Counted from the first letter of the stretch, positions 36,938-46,619 are shown. The stretch is DNA of 54,697 bases from a virus (IMGVR_UViG_3300037286_000119:1-54697), one strand, 5' to 3'. Notes: generated by a model from the sequence alone, not told the origin. Made by a program: numbers and translations.

Positions 36938-37059
36938 TGGGAAGCATAAAAACTATGATTTTCAGAAAGCGGCCATTTTTTTTAAAAACCTTTAGTGGCA
37001 AGACTTTTTAAAGTACAATGATTTTCTGAACCCACCCGTTTTTGTCCGTTATTTCTATA

Positions 37060-37083
37060 AAATGACCGACCAAATGACCGACC
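37060..37083. repeat. Perfect tandem 12-bp repeat, candidate integrase arm-type sites (prophage 2 side)
   Basis: AAATGACCGACC x2 between att core and integrase stop. Confidence 0.6.
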
Positions 37084-37089
37084 GATATG

Positions 37090-38259
37090 TTATAGCCGGT
37101 CAGGGTATCCGATGACTCTTTTTTCTTCTGGTTTGATATCTTGTTCCTTGGATTCAAAATCATCCAGTGCGTTTAATCCACGCCCGGTATTCATATCAAC
37201 TATTGATTTCAAATATACGTCTGTTGTTGAAGCTCTTTTGTGCCTCAGGATGCGCTGCATTTCAGCAACGGAATACCCGCAATTCAGGTACAGATGAGCT
37301 GCGACATGATGCCGGATGGCCTGGAAACCAAAAGACTTTATCCTCTCATCAGCCTTTCTGTTTTTATTGAGTTTCTTAATGATCCTGGGCATAATATTGT
37401 CGAGGGTGCTCTTTGACAGCCGCCCGGATTGTTCGGACGGGAAGATATATTCACTGTTTGCTATCCTGACCCTTCGGTAAAGGATTTCATAAAGGCTGTT
37501 GTTCATATCCACGCTGCCGCGGTCAATGGATCCACCCTTTCTTTTTCTCGTTGAAAACCACACTTTCCTGTTTTCAAAATCACAGTCAGAGCATTTTAGA
37601 CGCCTAAGTTCAATGGATCTGGCAAGTGTGTGATATGCCGTTCGGATCAGGTCTTTCTCAAACGCCCAGGCAGATTCTATTACAAGCTTGATATCCTCAG
37701 GTGGCGGGACATACTTTTTGAACTCTTCCTCTTCGAATTGTTCAATCGGAGTGGTTGGGTTATCTGAAATATACTTACGATTCATCATCCATGTGAAAAT
37801 GGTGTTGAATTCACGAAGAGACCTGTTGGCCTTTTTCCCGCCCTGAATTTTATACTCATTGGTAAGATATGATTCGAGAGTGACGGTTTGGATAGGGAGA
37901 TACGGATCATATCCACAAAAGCTGATAAAATTCCTGATCAGCCTGGCTTTGTATTTAAGGGTTTCCCGACCCTTGAATCTTGGTTCGGACAGGTTTAGAT
38001 ATTCGGTTGATACCTGAGAGAAGGTTAAACGGATCGTCGGGGATACCTGTGTGGAAACGATTAAGTCCCAGTGCTCCGTTTCCCACTGGGTCGCATCCCT
38101 CTTTAATGCAAACCCGGCTTTCGATTTCCGGTAAAGGAATGTGTCCGGGTCCGGTTCCGTCCAATTTTGAAGGCGTGCAAGGTGAGCTAAATGGTTGCCT
38201 TGAATTTTTTTCCGGACTGAACCGACCCACCATTTTCGTTTTTGATCGTAGGATGGCAT
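37090..38259 (-). CDS. int: Tyrosine recombinase / integrase
   Basis: TLARSIELRRL, FQAIRH, ILRH, TTDVY catalytic pattern; adjacent to att; start set at MPSYD. Confidence 0.9.
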   Translation of the reverse strand: MPSYDQKRKWWVGSVRKKIQGNHLAHLARLQNWTEPDPDTFLYRKSKAGFALKRDATQWETEHWDLIVSTQVSPTIRLTFSQVSTEYLNLSEPRFKGRETLKYKARLIRNFISFCGYDPYLPIQTVTLESYLTNEYKIQGGKKANRSLREFNTIFTWMMNRKYISDNPTTPIEQFEEEEFKKYVPPPEDIKLVIESAWAFEKDLIRTAYHTLARSIELRRLKCSDCDFENRKVWFSTRKRKGGSIDRGSVDMNNSLYEILYRRVRIANSEYIFPSEQSGRLSKSTLDNIMPRIIKKLNKNRKADERIKSFGFQAIRHHVAAHLYLNCGYSVAEMQRILRHKRASTTDVYLKSIVDMNTGRGLNALDDFESKEQDIKPEEKRVIGYPDRL

Positions 38260-38446
38260 TTTGCCTTTCCGTATAATCTCTATAGTACATATAATCCAGC
38301 ACGTGCTCGACATTAAACCTTGCTGATTTCGCAGTCCTGCCAAGCCCTATAAAGACATGTGGATACAAATGCCATGTCTTATATAATGTCTGCATAGAGC
38401 ATTTCAATACCTTAGAAAGCTCGTTTATGTCAATAAGAGCTACCAA
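37955..38446 (-). CDS. xis: Excisionase-like HTH protein (long out-of-frame overlap with int)
   Basis: LIDINELSKVLKCSMQTLYK...ARFNVEHV winged-HTH pattern immediately upstream of int. Confidence 0.6.
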   Translation of the reverse strand: MVALIDINELSKVLKCSMQTLYKTWHLYPHVFIGLGRTAKSARFNVEHVLDYMYYRDYTERQNAILRSKTKMVGRFSPEKNSRQPFSSPCTPSKLDGTGPGHIPLPEIESRVCIKEGCDPVGNGALGLNRFHTGIPDDPFNLLSGINRISKPVRTKIQGSGNP

Positions 38447-38450
38447 TTGA

Positions 38451-39182
38451 TTACAAGGCCTTCATCCTGTTTTCTGATGATGCAGGATCCCGCATGTATT
38501 CCAGAATGGATTCAACAATTGCATTCCGTTCAAGGTCCGGCATTTGTAAAAGTCTGGAAACCCACCTGTCCTTCTTTTTTCTTATCCTTTCCCGCTTTTT
38601 AAAATCATCCCCAAGAAATGAATAATCATGCAGTACGGTCGGCTCAGGATAATTGAACCATAGAAATTCGGTGGCCGGCCCACCTCTGGTCTGTGCTTCA
38701 AAGCTGATCGAATTCCATTTGGAAAGAAGGCGGCCATATAGCTCAGACCAGTATCCGGATATCATTACATTGCATGGCAGGCCCTTCAAAATCTCTATCA
38801 GCCCGACGTGATCCTCAGTTGTATATTCAAAGTTGTAGAGCTTCCCTCCCTTTCGTGTTTCCATTAAATAGGGCGGATCAGCATAAACAAACTCACGGCC
38901 TGTAAATTGATATTGTCTGAGCCATCCGGACGCATCTTCATTTATGATGGTGAGGTCCTGCCGGGTCCCTGCCCAGGCATTGGTCACGGCCGGGTCGATA
39001 TCAATGCCGATATTTACAGACGCCTGCTTTTTATTCCGAAGGATTGCTCCGCTGCCCAGATGGGTTTCGATGTATATATCATGAGGCGGGATAAGGTTGA
39101 TGATTTTCTGGTATACCCCTGATCCTCCTTTCCCACCTGGATAAGTGGATCTGTTATCTTTAATTTTGATGGTGTCGGACAT
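38451..39182 (-). CDS. D12-class N6-adenine DNA methyltransferase
   Basis: YPGGKG, YIETHLGSG, FVYADPPY, MISGY. Confidence 0.88.
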   Translation of the reverse strand: MSDTIKIKDNRSTYPGGKGGSGVYQKIINLIPPHDIYIETHLGSGAILRNKKQASVNIGIDIDPAVTNAWAGTRQDLTIINEDASGWLRQYQFTGREFVYADPPYLMETRKGGKLYNFEYTTEDHVGLIEILKGLPCNVMISGYWSELYGRLLSKWNSISFEAQTRGGPATEFLWFNYPEPTVLHDYSFLGDDFKKRERIRKKKDRWVSRLLQMPDLERNAIVESILEYMRDPASSENRMKAL

Positions 39183-39189
39183 GGTTAAT

Positions 39190-39864
39190 TTATTTCACAG
39201 AAGGAAACTCTTTTATTTGTTCTGGATAGTTGTAGTTATCCTTCACCCATACTGGTATACTGGCGGATCTGGCCTCCCGGATCAGAAAATCAGCCCAGGC
39301 CTTAGGTGGTTTTTTGGCTCCCCTGGTGGAGTCGGCGCCAATAATGATCCAGTCTAGATCGTAAAAATGCGAACTGATCATAGGGGATTCTATCAGCGGT
39401 TCAAAAGACACGAATTTGACAGCCGTTTTGGGGACCGAATTTACTAAATAAAATAAGTTGTCAATAGTTCTGTGTGTGCCGTCAATCGAAGTTCCGAACC
39501 AAAAATTATCCAGGCCATCCAGAATGAAATCAAAATACCGCTGTGGATTCTTGGTCAGAAACTGGAAAATAAGGTCAGGCCTCTGCATGGCTGCTTGAAG
39601 AACAATGGAAATGTTCCCGCCAAACATCCATCGGCCAAACATGTCCCCGGAAGATCCTACGAAAATTTTATCCCCAGGTTTTAATTTCCTGAACCGCAGA
39701 TCCTTGAGGTATTCAGGCCTGTACCTTGGCTTCTTCATGATCCCCGGAAATCGTTTTTCCATCCGTTTCATATAGCAATACGAACACCCGTGCAGGCATC
39801 CGGTGATGGGGTTCCATGTCCAATTTGTCCAGTCGATTTTACCTGGCCCCTGACAGTTCAGCAT
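39190..39864 (-). CDS. DUF5131 (phage Gp37/Gp68) radical-SAM-like protein
   Basis: IDWTNWTWNPITGCLHGCSYCY, SSGDMF, LTKNP, SFEPL, WIIIG. Confidence 0.88.
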   Translation of the reverse strand: MLNCQGPGKIDWTNWTWNPITGCLHGCSYCYMKRMEKRFPGIMKKPRYRPEYLKDLRFRKLKPGDKIFVGSSGDMFGRWMFGGNISIVLQAAMQRPDLIFQFLTKNPQRYFDFILDGLDNFWFGTSIDGTHRTIDNLFYLVNSVPKTAVKFVSFEPLIESPMISSHFYDLDWIIIGADSTRGAKKPPKAWADFLIREARSASIPVWVKDNYNYPEQIKEFPSVK

Positions 39865-40154
39865 TTACGATTCCCCCCTGCCTCTGAGTTATGCCTGATC
39901 CTGTCGGATATCATCATTGCAAAATTGGCGCTGTCGACACATATTTTATCAAGATCAAATGGGGTGCATGCTTCATTAGTCAACCAAGCGTTGTCAATGG
40001 CTTCTTGAATTTCTTCGGCACAATTTTTTAATTTCTCAGCCACATATTCAATATCACAATCATCCTTAAGCCAGCCTTCATGCCCGTATTTCTCATCTTT
40101 TTCCTGAAACCGCTTTTCCATTTTGTTTGCAAAAATCTCAACACTTTTTCTCAT
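39858..40154 (-). CDS. Hypothetical phage protein
   Basis: FANKMEKRF...CVDSANFAMMISD; coupled in operon. Confidence 0.65.
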   Translation of the reverse strand: MRKSVEIFANKMEKRFQEKDEKYGHEGWLKDDCDIEYVAEKLKNCAEEIQEAIDNAWLTNEACTPFDLDKICVDSANFAMMISDRIRHNSEAGGNRKC

Positions 40155-40180
40155 TCCTCATCCTCCACCTTTATCTTTTA

Positions 40181-40521
40181 TTAAATATACTCAAACCGGA
40201 TGAAATTAAGCGGCTTTGTCAGGCTTGCTTTGCTGTTATGAACCATGAACATTTCCGCAAACTCAATCGGCGTCAGCTCAGGGAATCCCTCCATTACGCA
40301 CAGTTCCGGAGTGACATTGATCAGCATTGACTCACGGGTTGACACGACACGGATCAGCTTGAGCCGGCCGATCTTCTCCCCCTTTTTTAAACCCTGGCAC
40401 TGCTTAACGCGTTTAGGATTTCACCCTTTTTCAGGTTCCACCATCCATCCCGGATAGTGTGGGTTTTTGTCTCTTCCTTCACCTGCCTGGTTGTCAGCAT
40501 AAAACTCATGTTCCTTGGCAT
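40181..40521 (-). pseudogene. Frameshifted ASCH-like gene (not in ORF track)
   Basis: MPRNMSFMLTTRQVKEETKTHTIRDGWWNLKKGEILNA, then frame change near 40405-40410 to VKQCQGLKKGEK...MEGFPELTPIEFAEMF...FIRFEYI; span 341 nt (one base short of frame); GGAGG RBS. Confidence 0.75.
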
Positions 40522-40534
40522 GGTTATTCCTCCA

Positions 40535-40780
40535 TTAATTTTTATTTATTATCCAGAAATTCCAAATGCCCCTTGCCCACGATAGGGTGTACCAGCAGGC
40601 CAGAAGTAAAACGCCCCATTGACGGTTCTGGATAGCAGACCAGAACCAGAACGGCTGGGAAAGAAATCCGGCAATGTATCCCCACCGCCTCACCTTCTCT
40701 TTTTTACAGGCCAGCAGCGTTATGGCCGGCATGCCGAAAACAACAATCCCTATTTGAGTGATGTCCATATCCATATCCAT
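40535..40780 (-). CDS. Small membrane protein, homolog of 503-721
   Basis: GYIAGFLSQPFW...QWGVL...RGIWN. Confidence 0.7.
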   Translation of the reverse strand: MDMDMDITQIGIVVFGMPAITLLACKKEKVRRWGYIAGFLSQPFWFWSAIQNRQWGVLLLACWYTLSWARGIWNFWIINKN

Positions 40781-40799
40781 ATTGGAACCTTTTTAATCG

Positions 40800-41039
40800 T
40801 TAGCATGTAAAACCGTGAGATATGAGGATCGCCTCGTTGATGTCAGATCTAATACCGTCCCCACCGTCAACGCTATCTACGATAGAACCATCCGGTTTTT
40901 CCAAACAGACATCATATCCTCCATTTTCAATTTTGATATTTATCACATAGTTTGAAGCTATATGTTTTGCTGCCTTTTCGATACATTCGTCTATGGTCTT
41001 TGGTATGCAGCACATTTTATATTCTTCCTGTTTTTTCAT
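40800..41039 (-). CDS. Hypothetical protein
   Basis: AAGGAG RBS, 79 aa. Confidence 0.55.
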   Translation of the reverse strand: MKKQEEYKMCCIPKTIDECIEKAAKHIASNYVINIKIENGGYDVCLEKPDGSIVDSVDGGDGIRSDINEAILISHGFTC

Positions 41040-41081
41040 ATAGAGACTCCTTGGTTTAGAGTATATCCTTTGTTTGTAAAA

Positions 41082-43760
41082 TTATTTTTTAAAAATCCAG
41101 CACCTGACTATTTTACCGACCAACTTTACCCGGATGGACCGGTTGCTTTCGATGAATTTATGCCGTTTGCTCTGGGGCAGAATCTTCTTCAGCAGGGTCA
41201 GATCCATGACCTCCTGGCCGTGCGCCACGCACTGGGCCCGGAAATGGTTCAGGTTGACGGCGATAAAACCGGCGTCATTGGAAAAATCCAGGCTGGTGAC
41301 TTCATTTTTCTCGGAATTAATATAATGGAAAGTTTCCCAGAATTTTTCCACCATGGGGTGGTCGGCAGCGATTCTCTCCTCCCGGATCAGCGCCCGGTTA
41401 CCGAGATAGGTAATCAGATCATGGAGCATATCACGGGTCAGATTGGGGAATATCACCTGCAGGGCATGGGCGCATGCGGCAATCTGGGCATGGTTTTTAA
41501 TGATACGTTCGTTTTTAATCTGGCCGTCGGCAAAGAATTTTTCCATTTCCGTGAAGGCCTTGAAATAGGCCCCCAGGATCGGCTTTTCATTTTTCAGGGC
41601 CAGTTCAAGAAACCCGCCCACGGTGGCGGAGGTCTGACGCTCAAACCACCGGGCGATTTCCCGTGTTCCCGCGCCGTGGTGCTTTTTATCCACATGGCAG
41701 TGGACGATTCTTTGCAGCAGGGCCTCTGATCCGTCCACCTCTGCATTTTGGGAAATCAATAGGGAAGCCTGGAACAATTGCTCATCCACATCATTGCTCC
41801 GGGTGGCCACGCCCAGGGTGCCGGTGGACCGGCCATTGTAAAACGGCTTGCATTCATCAAAATCAAATTGCATGGGCTTTTTTTCATTATCGCCCCGGTC
41901 CCGGTCGGACTCGATGATGACAATGGGCAGGTTGGACACCTGGTTGAATGCCCGCCGCCGCCCGGCCTGTGATGATTTTGCGATATCAAACCCCTCGTAT
42001 TCATCCCGGCCCACCAGCTTCCAACAGAATTCCAGAACCGTGGACTTGCCAGAGCCGGGTTCACCGGTGAACTCCAGAAACGGAAAGGTCTTGTGGGCCT
42101 CCCGGATCTGCTGGGCGAACAGGGTGCCCAGCCAGAAGGCCAGCACGGTCAGCCCCTGGAAATGAAATGCCCGGACATAGTCCGGCAGCCAACCCGTATC
42201 AAACTCCCCGTCCGTGTTCAGGGCGAAACTCCCCAGGCTGGTCTTGATCCCCTGGCGGCCCAGTTCAAAATAGCCATGCTCGTTCAGCTTGACTTTCCGG
42301 CCGGTCTGGAAGGCATTGTCGTGAAAGACCCAGGCCTTGGATTTTTTTTCATATCCAATGAACGGGATGGACTGGACTTCCAGCATCCGCCGGTCCAGCC
42401 ATCGTTTGGTGAGAATGGCAAAGGACCGGTTATCCCCGGAATACCGTCCGCCGTTGGTATTGTTCAAAAGCGCCTTGTTGAAAACTTCCCCGCCGGTCAG
42501 GGATGATCCGTCAATGGAGATGATCTTGGTCGGTGTTCCGTTTTTGTAGTCGATCTGGAACACGTATTTTTGTTCATCCATGAGATCGTCCTTTTCCATA
42601 TAAAGAAACCTGGGCGCCACATTGCAGATCATGTCTATGGTGACGGCCAGGTGAAACCGGTTCTTGGCTTCCGGTGAGTCCATGGGCACATCTTCTCCCC
42701 GGAGTTCCGAGGAAAACTTGGAATCCACCTCGGCCGAATAGATTGCGTTTTCAAATTCAACAATATGATGCCGGCGGGTCGGATACCGGCAAAACACCTG
42801 CCAGACCCTTTCCAGGACATTGTCCGCGGAAAACAGCCGCCCCTGGTAAAAGCATTCTTCAAAAAAGGCATCGTTCAGGCGGCCTGCCTGCCAAAGATCA
42901 TCCCAGTCCTGCCGCCCGTCCGGCAAAAGGCATACCTCCACCGTCTCGCCCAATTCCACTATGGCATTGCGGTGTTTGGCCATGTACTTTCGGCCAGCCC
43001 GGTCCCCGTCCATGGCCAGGACCCAGATAACGCCCTTGCCTTTATTGGCTTCGATCAGATTTGCCGGAAAATTGGAACTGCCTATGGCGGCGGCCACTTT
43101 TTTCCCTGCATGAATCAGGGCAATGGCGTGGAAAATGCCTTCCGTAATAAAGCAGTGTTCACCTGACTCCAGGATCTGGCCCGGCGGGGTCCAGGCATCC
43201 CCCCGGTACATGGACCCGTCCGCTTTCCTGGCGCCTCCGATATGGGCTTTCTGGCCGTCAGCCTTGGTCTTGCCGATCAGGCGCTCCCAGTACCGGGTCC
43301 GCTCCGGGTCCAGATAAAACCGGATGGTCGGCACAAACTCCCCGGTATCCTTGAGGCGGTGGCCTTCCTGTTCATACCAGGTCCGGCATTTGGACGGCAG
43401 AAAGCCCCGGTCCTCCATCATATAGGCATCTGCCGTGGCCTTTGGATTTTCACTGGTCGGCGGATGCCGTTTCAGGTAGTTTTCAAACAGGTGGGGCAAA
43501 AGCTCCTTGGCCGCCCAGCTCGACCCGCATTTGTTTTCGCGGCTGCAGGCAATCCGCCAGGGCTGGGCCTTCAGAACATACAGCTCCTTTTTCCCGCAGT
43601 CCGGGCAGATCCCGCCACGCAGGTACCCGCCCTTGTCATGAAAACCAAACCGCGAATCTTCCAGCAGTCCCCGGACAATTTCCGACGCCCGGGCGGCATC
43701 GTTTCCATCAAACATATCGGTACCCCGTTTCCAGCAACCGGATGCAATCGGAAATATCAT
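41082..43760 (-). CDS. Zn-finger/Toprim primase fused to P-loop helicase (phiCTX-type replication protein)
   Basis: CPDCGKKE...CSRENKC, ITEGIFHA, MDGDRAG, DWDD, Walker A GEPGSGKST; AGGAGGT RBS. Confidence 0.88.
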   Translation of the reverse strand: MIFPIASGCWKRGTDMFDGNDAARASEIVRGLLEDSRFGFHDKGGYLRGGICPDCGKKELYVLKAQPWRIACSRENKCGSSWAAKELLPHLFENYLKRHPPTSENPKATADAYMMEDRGFLPSKCRTWYEQEGHRLKDTGEFVPTIRFYLDPERTRYWERLIGKTKADGQKAHIGGARKADGSMYRGDAWTPPGQILESGEHCFITEGIFHAIALIHAGKKVAAAIGSSNFPANLIEANKGKGVIWVLAMDGDRAGRKYMAKHRNAIVELGETVEVCLLPDGRQDWDDLWQAGRLNDAFFEECFYQGRLFSADNVLERVWQVFCRYPTRRHHIVEFENAIYSAEVDSKFSSELRGEDVPMDSPEAKNRFHLAVTIDMICNVAPRFLYMEKDDLMDEQKYVFQIDYKNGTPTKIISIDGSSLTGGEVFNKALLNNTNGGRYSGDNRSFAILTKRWLDRRMLEVQSIPFIGYEKKSKAWVFHDNAFQTGRKVKLNEHGYFELGRQGIKTSLGSFALNTDGEFDTGWLPDYVRAFHFQGLTVLAFWLGTLFAQQIREAHKTFPFLEFTGEPGSGKSTVLEFCWKLVGRDEYEGFDIAKSSQAGRRRAFNQVSNLPIVIIESDRDRGDNEKKPMQFDFDECKPFYNGRSTGTLGVATRSNDVDEQLFQASLLISQNAEVDGSEALLQRIVHCHVDKKHHGAGTREIARWFERQTSATVGGFLELALKNEKPILGAYFKAFTEMEKFFADGQIKNERIIKNHAQIAACAHALQVIFPNLTRDMLHDLITYLGNRALIREERIAADHPMVEKFWETFHYINSEKNEVTSLDFSNDAGFIAVNLNHFRAQCVAHGQEVMDLTLLKKILPQSKRHKFIESNRSIRVKLVGKIVRCWIFKK

Positions 43761-43902
43761 GGCTCACCTCCTGGGTGAAGCCCGGCAAAAGATCATCCCG
43801 GTACTCCGGCGGAATGGTGGGCAGCGCCTCCACCGTCCCCATGCTCTTGGCCATGACCTGTTTTATTTGCGTGATCTGTTCTTTGGTATAGGCAATGTCC
43901 AT
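43708..43902 (-). CDS. Small hypothetical protein
   Basis: AAGGAG RBS; fills gap between antirepressor and primase. Confidence 0.45.
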   Translation of the reverse strand: MDIAYTKEQITQIKQVMAKSMGTVEALPTIPPEYRDDLLPGFTQEVSHDISDCIRLLETGYRYV

Positions 43903-43913
43903 ATCCGTACTCC

Positions 43914-44525
43914 TTATCCTTGCGTTTCAGGGGTTGGAAACAAGCTGTCCCGGTACAATTTCTCAAGGGCTTCCAGGGTCATGGCCTTCAGCCTGGGGCA
44001 ATCATCCAGATCAGCTATGGACCCATTCCCCCGGAAAATGAGAACAGCCTCTTTCTGAGCCTGATCTCTCATGCACATCCCTGTTTTTCTGAAATTCAGT
44101 TCAAGGCGGCTGGCCTGAATCGTGTTTTTCAACCGCCCCGCCTGTTTTGGGGAATGGGGGAAAAAATGACGGTAAAGAACCTGGTAGCATTCCTTCTGAT
44201 ACCGGATGATCTTGGCCTGGCTTTCACCTTCATACCGGGCAGGGCTGATCTTGAACAGCCATCCGTTGAGATATGAAAGGGGCAGGCAGACCATTTCCCT
44301 CTGCTTATTATCCTCACCAACTGCCTGTATAATACAGGCAGTTGAAGACAAAACGGCATCCCTTTCAATGAGCTGCCGCTGCGCCTCAAAATCCAGCCCG
44401 AGGGCGGTACAGATGGGTTTTATCGCAATAAACGGTTCGCTGTTCTTTTCAATCCAAGAAAGCGGGTGATTGTCAAAAACAATTTGTCCGATCTTTAAGA
44501 TCGATTCTGTTGTGGCGGTGTTCAT
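43914..44525 (-). CDS. Antirepressor with P22 Ant N-terminal domain
   Basis: PFIAIKPICTALGLDFEAQ...REMVCLPLSYLNGWLFKI...YQKECYQVL; AAGGAGG RBS. Confidence 0.85.
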   Translation of the reverse strand: MNTATTESILKIGQIVFDNHPLSWIEKNSEPFIAIKPICTALGLDFEAQRQLIERDAVLSSTACIIQAVGEDNKQREMVCLPLSYLNGWLFKISPARYEGESQAKIIRYQKECYQVLYRHFFPHSPKQAGRLKNTIQASRLELNFRKTGMCMRDQAQKEAVLIFRGNGSIADLDDCPRLKAMTLEALEKLYRDSLFPTPETQG

Positions 44526-44600
44526 TTTTCCTCCTTTGGGCCTGGCTTTGCGGCTCTCACCCCGGCAAATCACCGGCCCGGTTAAAAAACAGTTAATATA

Positions 44601-46055
44601 TTATTCGATCAACTCCCTGCATAAAGCTTCAGCCGTTCTGACAGGCACTGCATTTCCGATCTGCCTGACGATTTCAGTCTTGTTCCCGGCAAACTTATAA
44701 TTCGACGGGAAAGACTGAGCTGCTGCCAACTCGTGTGGTTGGAGCATTCTAAGCCGGATATCAATATCCGGATGCCGACGGAAAGTTTCAACCAGTGCAA
44801 ACCGGTCTTTTGTGGTGATGGTGTCCAGGGGTTTGTTTATGCTGCCGACAGTTCCGGTGCCGAAGTATTTAAGGATGAAAGGCTCAACCAGCATTTCTGC
44901 CGCTGTCGTTGTTATAGTCGTCAAGGGCTTTTCTATTGAGCGGACACGGAGCTGATTCTTCCTGCCGGCTTGTTGTGGTAAAATAAATGCTTCAACAAGC
45001 CCATATCTATTGCTGGTATCAACCACTGGCAAGGGACATGATACGTCATGAACTCTTTTTTCCGAGCCTTTGCCGCCATGAAACCGAGTCAGAAAAGGTT
45101 CGCAAAGATATAAATGCTGCTTTGTAGTAATGGTTGGAAGGGGACCATTGATCGACTTTGACTTGCTCCGGCCCTTATGTATTGCGATAAACGGCTCGCA
45201 AACACCAAAATGAGTTCCGTTAGCCGTGACTGTCGGTAAGGGGTCACTCAGTGAAACCCCTTTGCCGGTGCCGAAGAACTTGACAAGGAAATCTGATCCA
45301 CCGAATTTCCTAAGGCCATATTCGATCCTGGCCAGTGTTTTCTCAGCAAGGGGTTTTTTCCGGTGAAAAATAGATTGCCCTGGAAGGGACCAATCAATGA
45401 TATCTCTGGCTGGCACCCAGGGTCGGGTTGCACCGAAAAGATTTTCCCGCCCCGTTTCGGTATGTGTCGGCTCAGGCCACCGGATCTTTTTGTTACCGCG
45501 CCGGGCGATCATGAAGAGCCTATTGCGGGCTTGAGGGTCTCCATAATCGGCCGCGTTCAAAACCCGGCTCTCAACTCGGTATCCCATGGATTGCAGGGCA
45601 ATTTTGAAGGCCTGGAACGTCTGCCCACGCTTTGATTTCATCGGCAGGCCGTCAATTCCCAAGGGCCCCCATGATTCGAATTCCGGGACGTTTTCAATCA
45701 GAATACTGTCTATATAAACAGTGCTTGCCCATCTTACTATTTCCCAGGCCCCTGCCCTGGACTGATCCGAACTCGGACGTCCGCCGCGGGCCACTGAGTG
45801 GTGGGTGCATTCCGGGGAAGCCACAAGAAGATTGATCCGTCCGCCAGGGAAAAGTTTGCTTGGGTTCAGGTTGTCTATGGATGAACAAAGATGTCTGGCA
45901 GATGGATGGTTTTTACTATGGGTTTCGATTGCCACGTCCCAATGATTTATAGCCGTGAGTTGCACATTCCTTTCGGCGTTTTTTGCTGCCCGGATCAGAC
46001 CTGTACTTGTCCCGCCTGCACCGCAAAAAAGATCTGCTGCGATAAATTTTTTCAT
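44601..46055 (-). CDS. C5 DNA cytosine methyltransferase
   Basis: DLFCGAGG, SPEC, ENV, QARNR, QIGNAVP. Confidence 0.92.
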   Translation of the reverse strand: MKKFIAADLFCGAGGTSTGLIRAAKNAERNVQLTAINHWDVAIETHSKNHPSARHLCSSIDNLNPSKLFPGGRINLLVASPECTHHSVARGGRPSSDQSRAGAWEIVRWASTVYIDSILIENVPEFESWGPLGIDGLPMKSKRGQTFQAFKIALQSMGYRVESRVLNAADYGDPQARNRLFMIARRGNKKIRWPEPTHTETGRENLFGATRPWVPARDIIDWSLPGQSIFHRKKPLAEKTLARIEYGLRKFGGSDFLVKFFGTGKGVSLSDPLPTVTANGTHFGVCEPFIAIHKGRSKSKSINGPLPTITTKQHLYLCEPFLTRFHGGKGSEKRVHDVSCPLPVVDTSNRYGLVEAFILPQQAGRKNQLRVRSIEKPLTTITTTAAEMLVEPFILKYFGTGTVGSINKPLDTITTKDRFALVETFRRHPDIDIRLRMLQPHELAAAQSFPSNYKFAGNKTEIVRQIGNAVPVRTAEALCRELIE

Positions 46056-46519
46056 TTTGTGCCGCACTTCTTAATGGCCAGATAAAGCCCGGCAAATGCG
46101 GCCAGGGCGTCCCAGGTTTCTTTCTCGCAAGCCTCCATTTCATCGGGTCCCATTTTGCCGTCCAGGATGGCATCGGCCAACCGGGTTACGGCCTCGCCGG
46201 ATTCCCTGGCAATGGTCGCGCAATATTCCATCCAGGTCATATTGGTGAAGCCCTGGGACGGCTCCGGGATCGGCAGGCAGATCCGGTTGAACAACCGGTT
46301 TGCCGTATCCAGGCTGGAAAGGTCGCCACTTTTAGAAAGGATCACCAGCCAGTCCAGAAACCCAAGTTTGTTGGTGCGGCGGCCGATGCTTTTGGGATCC
46401 ACATCTGCATAGAGTGTTTGGGGGGCGATAGAAAGCAGGTCTGCAAGGGCCTTGACCCCATTCTGTTTAACGGTTGCCTGCACAATGGCCAGGACATTGA
46501 TCTGATCTTGCGTGTACAC
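46052..46519 (-). CDS. CII-like phage regulatory protein
   Basis: KALADLLSIAPQTLY...RESGEA..LADAILDG typical of P2/186-like CII family. Confidence 0.7.
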   Translation of the reverse strand: MYTQDQINVLAIVQATVKQNGVKALADLLSIAPQTLYADVDPKSIGRRTNKLGFLDWLVILSKSGDLSSLDTANRLFNRICLPIPEPSQGFTNMTWMEYCATIARESGEAVTRLADAILDGKMGPDEMEACEKETWDALAAFAGLYLAIKKCGTK

Positions 46520-46619
46520 GATTCAGCCTCCTTTATTCCTGTTTTTTATTCAGGAAAATTTTTTTAATATCCTTGCTAATTGGGTTTGATTAACTTAATT
46601 AATAAACTTAGTATGGAAA

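Noticed and set aside
36875-36960. Complete functional tRNA-Ser gene
   Set aside because: 5' acceptor strand and D arm absent; anticodon stem pairing is broken upstream of CGC
36600-40500. Single phage in circular (attP) form
   Set aside because: Duplicate immunity, CII, replication and incompatible virion modules on either side indicate two elements
40962-43778. Several long plus-strand ORFs opposite the primase-helicase
   Set aside because: Antisense shadows from GC-rich codon bias; no recognisable motifs
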